This document shows, piece by piece, positions 46,413-54,506 of a stretch of DNA of 64,000 nucleotides. Below the pieces are notes generated by a model. It was given only the letters and a program-made list of their open reading frames with translations. It had not been told where the DNA came from and searched no databases. Source of the stretch: a virus (lineage: Duplodnaviria > Heunggongvirae > Uroviricota > Caudoviricetes); the IMG/VR virus record IMGVR_UViG_3300031647_000750, positions 64,025-128,024 of that record. One strand, given 5' to 3'. Within the stretch, counting starts at the first letter, position 1; the number at the start of each line of letters is the position of its first letter. A program made the position numbers and the translations under genes.

Positions 46413-47369
46413 ATGATGGGATTAAGAACAAAGTTGAAGGGTATTATTCGTAATTTAGATAACAATGCCAATATTGCCCAAGAACATTGGATGCGATCTG
46501 GTTACAAGGGTTTTAGGGATCAAATGTATAGTTACATAGATCAGTCGAATCATTGGAAATTGCAGATTCAAGAATCGGAACATGATGAGTTTTATGAAAC
46601 CCAGCATATGCTAGTGGTAGGTTGTGGATTTGTTGGCAATACATTCGCTGATTATATTGAAAAAACAAGCAAAGTTAAGGTATCACGCATTGATCCTGTC
46701 GTGTATCCGAATAATCACATAGAAGATTACAAAACTGCTACCTGTGCGATAGTAGCAGTACCTACACCGTCGTTAGATAATGGTGAATGTGATGATAGTA
46801 TTGTGCGATCTGTAATTGATGAATTGATGACACTTAATAACGATATTCATATTTTATTAAAGAGTACGGTATCGCCAGATATGATGTCTAAGTATCCAGA
46901 CAATGTTACTTATTGTCCAGAATTCCTACGTGCTGAAACTGCTAAGGAAGATTTTGATAATCAGAAAACACTAATCATTGGTGTGGCAGATAAATCAGCA
47001 ACAGAAGGGTATTACTGGGAAAAAATGTTACTCGGTCCACTGAATCCAACAAAGTTTATGATTACTGATAGAAATACAGCAAGCATGATAAAATATGTTC
47101 ACAACACATGGCTCGCTACAAAGGTAGCATTTTTTCATGAAGTTTATGATAAGACAAAAGATTTTGATTACGATTATAATCATATGATTAATATATTGGC
47201 AACGTTTGAGAACATAGGACCTAGTCATATGCAAGCACAAAATTGCAAAGGTACATTAGGATTTTCTGGTTATTGTTTCCCTAAAGACACATTAGCATTC
47301 CAGAAATTTACTGGTAGTAATATATTGAAACAAGTGATTGATACGAATAATGAATTGTTAAAATTGTGA
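46413..47369 (+). CDS. UDP-glucose dehydrogenase-like with N-terminal extension
   Basis: VVGCGFVG, AVPTP, KSTV, PEFLRA, KY.HN, GFSGYCFPKD. Confidence 0.8.
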   Translation: MMGLRTKLKGIIRNLDNNANIAQEHWMRSGYKGFRDQMYSYIDQSNHWKLQIQESEHDEFYETQHMLVVGCGFVGNTFADYIEKTSKVKVSRIDPVVYPNNHIEDYKTATCAIVAVPTPSLDNGECDDSIVRSVIDELMTLNNDIHILLKSTVSPDMMSKYPDNVTYCPEFLRAETAKEDFDNQKTLIIGVADKSATEGYYWEKMLLGPLNPTKFMITDRNTASMIKYVHNTWLATKVAFFHEVYDKTKDFDYDYNHMINILATFENIGPSHMQAQNCKGTLGFSGYCFPKDTLAFQKFTGSNILKQVIDTNNELLKL

Positions 47370-47492
47370 TGTACGTGATGTATCTGATATCATGGAACAT
47401 GATTTTTTCACTAACCATATATCACAAGAAAATTGGAATAGTGACACACCACCAAATATGTGCGTGGCTTGTTGTCACCATGAGGAATAAAA

Positions 47493-47600
47493 ATGAAGAT
47501 CAAACTAGAGATAGAAATCGATACAGATAACGAGCAAGATCGAAATACTATTGAAGAAATTATTCAAAAGTTAGTAGAACTACAAGAAATGATGGAATAA
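47493..47600 (+). CDS. 35-aa acidic peptide
   Basis: Hand translation MKIKLEIEIDTDNEQDRNTIEEIIQKLVELQEMME; GAGG RBS. Confidence 0.55.
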   Translation: MKIKLEIEIDTDNEQDRNTIEEIIQKLVELQEMME

Positions 47601-47702
47601 AAAATGAAGATAGAAAATAACAATAGTATGATATTTGATGCAGAGGGATATCGTGCATACCACCCCGTGGGATGAAATAAGTGAAATAATTTATAATAAG
47701 GG

Positions 47703-47731
47703 TTGACAAGTAAGAACTATTGTTATACAAT
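47703..47731 (+). promoter_or_regulatory. early promoter module
   Basis: TTGACAAGTAAG...TACAAT-AGTTAAGTAAGTTAATCAA. Confidence 0.75.
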
Positions 47732-47768
47732 AGTTAAGTAAGTTAATCAATCAAGAAAGGAAGTACAC

Positions 47769-49919
47769 ATGGGTTCATTACAGTTGGCAAAAGTAATTAA
47801 GGCAGCAGTCAGAGTAACCAATACAAAATCAACATTCAAATATAGCAAAGCGAGATACACGCATTATAGTGTAGCCGAATATTTAAAAATGTTGGGTGGT
47901 CATGATGGTCAGCAACTTGCAATCGCACATGGACAGCGTTCTCCTGTATATGGCCCATTGAAAATGATGCATTTGGTGTCTAGCATATTTAATGGAATGT
48001 CAATTCCAGAATTAACATGTGCACGTCACTCTATTCAACATTATGAGGATACCATTAAAACGTCTTTAGAGATTCCACCGCACATCATTACTAAAGGCGA
48101 GAATGCAACACTGTTAAATCGTAAAAATATGACGTATATTAAGAAGAATATTGATTTCATCCTTGATCTTATTGATGGACAACAGCGTACTATTTCACTA
48201 TCAGTTGCCTTCAATGGATCATATAATGGTGATATTATGTACCTAAAATTAGATGATGTAAATGTAGATGAAGATGGTGCAATTGAGTTCAATAAAAGTG
48301 ATTTTGCATTTTATTCGTCTGCTGCTGATGCACCTGTTAACTCTATATGTATTTCACGTATGCGTGAATTTGAGAATTTCACCAGCGAAGATATTTACAA
48401 TGAATTGGAATTGCAATCAAACACTGACGATGAACGAGAGAAACTTCTAACTATCATTGATCAGATGCATGATGCAATCTTTGATAGAGAATTATTGACG
48501 CTTAAATATTACTCAAACCCTAGTGCAGCCGAAAGAACAGAACTATTTGTAACGCCAAATTCGACAAGCACGGATGTAACTGATATTGATTTGTGTTACA
48601 ATGCGTTATCAGAAAAATATTATGATGAAATGAATCAATTGTCTGAGCGATTGGGCAAATTCTTTATGTCTTATGGCGTGTCAGATGCTAAAGTTTCAAG
48701 AGATTTCGCATTGCGGTTAATGATTGTAACATGTAGCCCAAAGCACTCAAAAATGAATGATCACGTGACTCGGTTAGGAGAGGGTAAAGACCCATTTGGA
48801 AAGTATGAGCATTGTTATCTTGATTTTATTGGTCGTCTAGATGATATGTTATCACGTATAGACAATGAATTAAAATCAAATGGTGTATTACGTTCATCTA
48901 TTGCAGATCAATTTGCGTATGTAAATAATGATGAAGCAATTGTTGCAACACTAACATTATTTATTGTAATGGCATATGAAGCGTCAAAAAATAATGCAAA
49001 CATGTTAAGTAGTAAAATGTCTGGACCTAAATTAGATCAAATGCTATATATGTTTTCACGACACAGGTCGCTGAATGTACTAGCACAAAATGTGAATAAG
49101 CAAGAGAAAGCCAATCGGTTCCGTATGATTTCGGATGCAGCAAGGGCAATGGTTTATGGTGTTAAGCGTGATGATGAAGTTGAAATTGGTAAGGTATTTA
49201 AGCCGTTAACATGGACAGGTTCAGAAATTGGTTACAATGCTATTGATCAGACGTTGTTCGTAGAGGTAGGTGCAGTACCAAACTTTATGCAAAGTATCAA
49301 ACATGACGCTGCATATGTTGCACTATCTGTATTTACAGATGGTAATCAAAGAAAGCCTGATACACAACTTGAACACATTGTATCCCAACAGGTTGTTGCG
49401 AAGAATGCCTTTGACGTGTTGATTAATCAGCGATCAACAGGTTATGTCGATCATAGAGGATTGTCTGCCTTCGTTAAAGATACCAATAATACACTTGCAA
49501 ACATGTGTATTCTGCCTCAAACGGTAAACGCATCTTTGAGCGCGTGTCCAACAGTGGTTAGCAAAATAAGTAAGTTATCAGATGCTACTGAGTTCTCTTC
49601 GGGCATACTAAGTATGGTACTACGTGAATATGGAATTGGCAATTATGTAGAGGCGGCAGAAGGGGCATTGTTCATAGAGAATGCACCATTCCAAGCCTTC
49701 GCTATTTACTGTAAGAATGTTAGGATGCAGCAATTTACTAATAATCTTATGTTAAGTAATATGAATAAGCCGACACAAGTTGCTATGACGATAGATGAAA
49801 TGCTAGAACGATTCTTCAAAACGTACTTAGTAACTGAGTTAGGTACGAGTAAGTATGGTACTGAACTAGATGATAAGTTAAAGGCAGCAGTTAAGGATTA
49901 TGGGTATATCATTGGATAA
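47769..49919 (+). CDS. DUF262 + DUF1524(HNH) GmrSD/SspE-like nuclease
   Basis: QR..V...L..SIFNGMSIP and LIDGQQRT (DUF262); C-terminal EHIVSQ...LANMCIL...N (HNH-like). Confidence 0.75.
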   Translation: MGSLQLAKVIKAAVRVTNTKSTFKYSKARYTHYSVAEYLKMLGGHDGQQLAIAHGQRSPVYGPLKMMHLVSSIFNGMSIPELTCARHSIQHYEDTIKTSLEIPPHIITKGENATLLNRKNMTYIKKNIDFILDLIDGQQRTISLSVAFNGSYNGDIMYLKLDDVNVDEDGAIEFNKSDFAFYSSAADAPVNSICISRMREFENFTSEDIYNELELQSNTDDEREKLLTIIDQMHDAIFDRELLTLKYYSNPSAAERTELFVTPNSTSTDVTDIDLCYNALSEKYYDEMNQLSERLGKFFMSYGVSDAKVSRDFALRLMIVTCSPKHSKMNDHVTRLGEGKDPFGKYEHCYLDFIGRLDDMLSRIDNELKSNGVLRSSIADQFAYVNNDEAIVATLTLFIVMAYEASKNNANMLSSKMSGPKLDQMLYMFSRHRSLNVLAQNVNKQEKANRFRMISDAARAMVYGVKRDDEVEIGKVFKPLTWTGSEIGYNAIDQTLFVEVGAVPNFMQSIKHDAAYVALSVFTDGNQRKPDTQLEHIVSQQVVAKNAFDVLINQRSTGYVDHRGLSAFVKDTNNTLANMCILPQTVNASLSACPTVVSKISKLSDATEFSSGILSMVLREYGIGNYVEAAEGALFIENAPFQAFAIYCKNVRMQQFTNNLMLSNMNKPTQVAMTIDEMLERFFKTYLVTELGTSKYGTELDDKLKAAVKDYGYIIG

Positions 49920-49926
49920 TATAAAA

Positions 49927-49978
49927 GTCAGGGTAAATGTAAAGTTTACCTTGACAAATATAATTTATGATGTATAAT
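49927..49978 (+). promoter_or_regulatory. hairpin overlapping the -35 of the gp45 operon promoter
   Basis: GTCAGGGTAAA-7 nt-TTTACCTTGAC stem; TTGACA-16 nt-TATAAT. Confidence 0.6.
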
Positions 49979-50023
49979 AATAACACTAATTGATAATAAT
50001 ATTAATTAAAATTGGAGAAGTAA

Positions 50024-50779
50024 ATGAATACACGTGACGTAATACAAGATATTGTAAAACACACAGCAGGTCCCGCTGGATTTACAGCAGTTAAATTAAC
50101 AAGTTCTGATACAGAAACAACACTTGACGCGATGAACGCAGATCGTACAGTTATCTTGAAGGGTAAACTTCATAACGCTGCACCTGAGTTTCAAGGTGAA
50201 ATCGGTATGGGTAATCTAGGCTTCTTAGCAGGAGTTTCTGGTCTTGGTGCATATTCAACTCAATCAGAGAATGCTACTGTCACAGTAGTAACACGAGATC
50301 GCAATGGTGTTGATACGCCTGATCATTTGTTATTCAAAGATGGTGATGGTAATAAAGATCAGTATCGCTTTATGAGTAAAGAGATTATAGATCAAACATT
50401 AAAAACTGTTACATTCAAAGGTGTTGAATGGGATATCGCATTTGAACCTACCAAAGCGAAAGTAACAGAATTGCAACAAGTCGCAGCAATCTATGGTGAC
50501 ATTGAACCTAACTTTACTGTTAAGACAGAAGATGGTAACTTGGTTGTTACTGTTGGTGCAGCAGATGGTTCTTATACAGGTAAGCGTATCTTTGCAACCA
50601 ATGTAAATGGTACATTATCACAAGGCTATGCATGGCCTCTATCGCAAGTATTGGCTATCCTAAAATTGGGTATGTCTAGTTCATGTGTAATGCAAATTTC
50701 AGCACGCGGCGCTCTACAGATTTCAGTAGATTCTGGCATTGCTAAGTATGACTATATCCTTCCTGCTCTAACGGTGTAA
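50024..50779 (+). CDS. gp45: T4-like DNA polymerase sliding clamp
   Basis: 251 aa, two-domain clamp-like pattern, C-terminal SVDSG.A.YDYILPA. Confidence 0.75.
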   Translation: MNTRDVIQDIVKHTAGPAGFTAVKLTSSDTETTLDAMNADRTVILKGKLHNAAPEFQGEIGMGNLGFLAGVSGLGAYSTQSENATVTVVTRDRNGVDTPDHLLFKDGDGNKDQYRFMSKEIIDQTLKTVTFKGVEWDIAFEPTKAKVTELQQVAAIYGDIEPNFTVKTEDGNLVVTVGAADGSYTGKRIFATNVNGTLSQGYAWPLSQVLAILKLGMSSSCVMQISARGALQISVDSGIAKYDYILPALTV

Positions 50780-50782
50780 TGT

Positions 50783-52276
50783 ATGGCGAATTTGACTGAT
50801 ACTAATGAAGATTACGCTGTATGGCTACCTAGCATCAGCAATTTCTATAATAATATCATTACACGGTATCACCATCAGGGGGATGGTTATTTTCCTCCTG
50901 AGCGTATACCCGTGGGACTTGAACATGGTTTAGCAGGTTGTAATTTCTTAAAAGAAGATGATTCATATTTTCAATATAAATGGGGATTATATTCGGTTGG
51001 ACATGCTCAGCGAGATATCACTAAGACTGATAAGCGTGACATGATCATTCAAACACGTGATAGAAGTAAGACTTTTATCATGGGTGATTCTGGTGGTTAT
51101 CAAATCGTAACTGGTGTTATCAAGTGTGATTGGAAGAATTTCAAGACAGATGATAGTTTACGTCATCAAGTGTTGAATTGGCTTGAACACACCGCAGATT
51201 ATAGTATGATTCTTGATGTTCCCACGCTTGCCACATTGCCGCAGTATTCAGCGACTAGTGGTATCAAAGATTTCCAACAGTGTCTTGATTATACTAAGTT
51301 TAATGCTGACTTCTTTGTAAAGAACAGAAAGTTTGAAACTAAATACTTAAATGTTATGCAAGGTATGAATGAGCAAGAATCTCGTGTATGGTATGATGCA
51401 GTTAAGCATTATCCATTTGAGGGTTGGGCATTTTCTGGTGCTTGTAAGTCAAACAAAATTGATATCTTATTACGCAGACTAATTCAGATGCGTGATGACA
51501 AATTACTTGAGCGAGGCGAACGAGATTTAGTTCATGTGCTAGGTGTAGGCAAACTCGAACTTGCTGTAGTTTATACTGCAATAAAACGAGCGTTGCGCGA
51601 GCATGTAAATTCTGATATGGAATTTACATTTGACGCAGCATCGCCATTCATTGGTGCATCGAAGGGTGAAATCTACGCTGAATCAATATATAAGAGTGAA
51701 TCATTTAGGTTACAGACTGATCGATTCATTAATGATAAATCATTAAAGGGTAGTACAGTACGGTTGCCTTATCGTTCACCTATTGCAGATCGTTTAACGA
51801 TGGGCGATATGTGTTATCAAGGAGTAGGTGCGCTTGATAAGAACGGAGATGTATCAAAGACAAGTTGGGATTCATTGACTTATATGTTGATGCAAGGTCA
51901 CAACACGTATTCTCATATTGAATCTATTCAACGAGCAAATCGCTTTGCAGATGCTACCATGCCATTAATTAATACAGATCATAACTTATGGTCACAAGTA
52001 AGTGGTAAGGGCAAAGCCCGACAGATTGATGATCATATTCCAGTAGAAGTGGTTTATATGATCAATTTCATTGAGAAATTGTTTAAGAGTGAAACTCCTA
52101 TGACAATGATTAATGAGGCTGAAAGTTTGTTTGCTAAGTTCAGTAGACAGAAATCAGTAAAGAACAGTGACGTATTATTTTCTAATCTATTTCAGATGGG
52201 TGATGATGCAACTGTAGACTCTGATGAGGAAATCGAACAAGATATCTCAGAAGAATTTTTAGAAACATTAACTTAA
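50783..52276 (+). CDS. TGT-superfamily base-exchange enzyme, DpdA-like 7-deazaguanine DNA transglycosylase
   Basis: MGDSGGYQI, ILDVP, GWAFSG, HVLGVG, TFDAASP, HN; lacks the CxCxxC Zn site; folE and queE nearby. Confidence 0.75.
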   Translation: MANLTDTNEDYAVWLPSISNFYNNIITRYHHQGDGYFPPERIPVGLEHGLAGCNFLKEDDSYFQYKWGLYSVGHAQRDITKTDKRDMIIQTRDRSKTFIMGDSGGYQIVTGVIKCDWKNFKTDDSLRHQVLNWLEHTADYSMILDVPTLATLPQYSATSGIKDFQQCLDYTKFNADFFVKNRKFETKYLNVMQGMNEQESRVWYDAVKHYPFEGWAFSGACKSNKIDILLRRLIQMRDDKLLERGERDLVHVLGVGKLELAVVYTAIKRALREHVNSDMEFTFDAASPFIGASKGEIYAESIYKSESFRLQTDRFINDKSLKGSTVRLPYRSPIADRLTMGDMCYQGVGALDKNGDVSKTSWDSLTYMLMQGHNTYSHIESIQRANRFADATMPLINTDHNLWSQVSGKGKARQIDDHIPVEVVYMINFIEKLFKSETPMTMINEAESLFAKFSRQKSVKNSDVLFSNLFQMGDDATVDSDEEIEQDISEEFLETLT

Positions 52277-52300
52277 CTTAAACTAAACGGAGAAATCAAC

Positions 52301-52507
52301 ATGGCTAAGAAAATTAGACTTATTGACGATGTAGAAAATAATGATTCATTATCATTGACAGAAGCACCGAAGGGTGATATGATTGATACAGCATTTACAA
52401 AAGAAGACGCTGCAACACTTATGAAACTTGCAGAAGCGATTGATTGGAAATTATGGGAGTTGTTAAAATTCACTCGTAAATTCGAAGCAACCGAAGATGA
52501 AACATAA
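52301..52507 (+). CDS. hypothetical protein
   Basis: AIDWKLWELLK; GGAG RBS. Confidence 0.7.
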   Translation: MAKKIRLIDDVENNDSLSLTEAPKGDMIDTAFTKEDAATLMKLAEAIDWKLWELLKFTRKFEATEDET

Positions 52508-52537
52508 CTTTAACTATTAACTAATTGGTATATTATT

Positions 52538-52900
52538 ATGACCACAGATACAGCAGCACCAGCATCCCAGTATAAGCCCTCGGCGCCTCGTCTACCATCA
52601 CTATACATTAGTGGGTATTACACCTTACACGATATTAAGTTTGATTTGTTGAAGATCATTGAGCCATACGATGGTTATATGTTTAATCGCAAAGATACCG
52701 AACATGTTCGTGGATTGTTTAATAACTTTTTGAGTGATCTTCGTCGTGCATACAAGTTGCGTGAATACAATATCTATACTACCGTGAAGGATAATGCTAT
52801 TACATTTGATGTAACAGTAAAGATTCACAAAGATCGTGCAGTAAAGAAATTGAAAATCCACGTAGGTCGTTTGAACTACGTATCTCCAACTCACTCTTAG
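52538..52900 (+). CDS. hypothetical protein
   Basis: 120 aa; operon position. Confidence 0.65.
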   Translation: MTTDTAAPASQYKPSAPRLPSLYISGYYTLHDIKFDLLKIIEPYDGYMFNRKDTEHVRGLFNNFLSDLRRAYKLREYNIYTTVKDNAITFDVTVKIHKDRAVKKLKIHVGRLNYVSPTHS

Positions 52901-52909
52901 GAGTATAAG

Positions 52910-53596
52910 ATGTCAGTATCAAGTAAAATTAAACAGCGCCTCACTGATGCCGATCATCGACATTGGGCAGGGGATAATATTTCAGAATATATCATGGATG
53001 GTGAACACGATGAACTTATTGTAGAACTTACTGAAAAGTTCGAAGGTGTTCTTAATAGTTTAATAATTGATACAGTCAATGATCCCAATTCGCAAGATAC
53101 TGGACGACGACTTGCTAAAATGTATGTGACAGAATTAATGAGTGGGCGTTATTATCCTGCTCCTTCTGCTACTGCATTTCCAAACAATAGCAGTGATCCG
53201 TTTAAAGGTATGTTGGTAGTTAGATCTGAAATCAAATCAATGTGTTCACATCATCATCAACCTGTAACTGGTGTTGTTTATATTGGCATCTTACCGGAAG
53301 ATAAAGTAATTGGATTAAGTAAGTACACGCGTATTGCACAATGGTGTGCAAGGCGTGGAACGCTTCAAGAAGAACTTGCAAATGATATTGCTCGTGAAAT
53401 TGAGAAGGCTACCGATAGTAAGCATCTTGCAGTGTATATTCAAGCCGAGCATGGCTGTTGCACTAATCGAGGCATTATGGCACATAGTTCGTTAACACAA
53501 ACTACTGTACTTAGAGGTAATTTCTTCGTTAAGGCTTCTGTTAAAGAAGAGTTCTTTGATAATATTAAAATGCAACAATCATTTGCACCGAGGTAA
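52910..53596 (+). CDS. folE: GTP cyclohydrolase I
   Basis: DT..RLAKMY, SMCSHHHQP, GLSKYTRI, LQEEL, AEHGCC..RG, T..LRG.F. Confidence 0.95.
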   Translation: MSVSSKIKQRLTDADHRHWAGDNISEYIMDGEHDELIVELTEKFEGVLNSLIIDTVNDPNSQDTGRRLAKMYVTELMSGRYYPAPSATAFPNNSSDPFKGMLVVRSEIKSMCSHHHQPVTGVVYIGILPEDKVIGLSKYTRIAQWCARRGTLQEELANDIAREIEKATDSKHLAVYIQAEHGCCTNRGIMAHSSLTQTTVLRGNFFVKASVKEEFFDNIKMQQSFAPR

Positions 53597-53598
53597 TT

Positions 53599-54144
53599 AT
53601 GAATAAAAGAGTATATTACAGTTGGGAAGACGTTGAGCATATGCTTGCGACAATCAATAATGAAATGGCAGCCGATGGTTGGCGCCCAGACTACATTGTA
53701 GGTATGACACGTGGCGGTCTGGTACCAGCAGTTATGTTGAGCAACTTGACTGGCATTAAAATGCATGCACTAGGTAAAGATGACACCAATGCGTGGATGT
53801 CAGAAGATGCAGTGGGATGGGAAGACACTACTAATGACGGTGATGCTATCGTTCCAGATGTAAACCATCCTAATAATAGATCTAACATTCTTGTTATCGA
53901 TGATATCAATCATTCTGGTAAATCTTTTAATTGGCTAAAGTCTGATTGGAAAAGTACATCGGCTCAACCTGACTTTGCATGGGATGATATCTGGCATGGA
54001 AATGTTAGATTTGCATCATTGGTAGACAATGAAGCAAGTTTATTCACAGATGTTGATTATGCAGCAATCGAGATGAATAAGATCGACAAGCCTGTATGGT
54101 GTGTATTCCCTTGGGAAGCAGAACGCGATTATGGCAACTTATAA
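53599..54144 (+). CDS. type I phosphoribosyltransferase (xanthine-guanine PRTase-like)
   Basis: YSWEDV, VGMTRGGLVPA, LVIDDINHSGKS PRPP loop, WCVFPWE. Confidence 0.85.
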   Translation: MNKRVYYSWEDVEHMLATINNEMAADGWRPDYIVGMTRGGLVPAVMLSNLTGIKMHALGKDDTNAWMSEDAVGWEDTTNDGDAIVPDVNHPNNRSNILVIDDINHSGKSFNWLKSDWKSTSAQPDFAWDDIWHGNVRFASLVDNEASLFTDVDYAAIEMNKIDKPVWCVFPWEAERDYGNL

Positions 54145-54442
54145 TAACCAATCAGATGTATGTGTAGACACAATAGATGGTTCATCTATAACAACTGACT
54201 TCATACATCCGAGTTATGCTGTTGGCAGACTAACGTCAGATATGCGTAATAGTGTTATCATAAATACACCAGATGGTAATACTATTGATCTAGTAGAATC
54301 ATTAAATGAATCCAATATGTTACTAGGTGTTATGACTACCTTATTGAATAATCTCATCAAAGAGAATCCTAGCATCACTAGTGCACAATCTATTGAGGAA
54401 TTATTAGATCAGCAAAAAATGATGAATAAGTTAGCCAAATAA
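54131..54442 (+). CDS. hypothetical protein
   Basis: 103 aa; 14-nt overlap with the PRTase. Confidence 0.6.
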   Translation: MATYNNQSDVCVDTIDGSSITTDFIHPSYAVGRLTSDMRNSVIINTPDGNTIDLVESLNESNMLLGVMTTLLNNLIKENPSITSAQSIEELLDQQKMMNKLAK

Positions 54443-54444
54443 GG

Positions 54445-54473
54445 TTGACAAGTAATGATTCTTGCTGTATACT
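54445..54473 (+). promoter_or_regulatory. early promoter module
   Basis: TTGACA-AGTAATGATTCTTGCTG-TATACT then ATAAGTTAATTAA. Confidence 0.75.
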
Positions 54474-54506
54474 TAATATATAAGTTAATTAAACAGTGAG
54501 AACATT

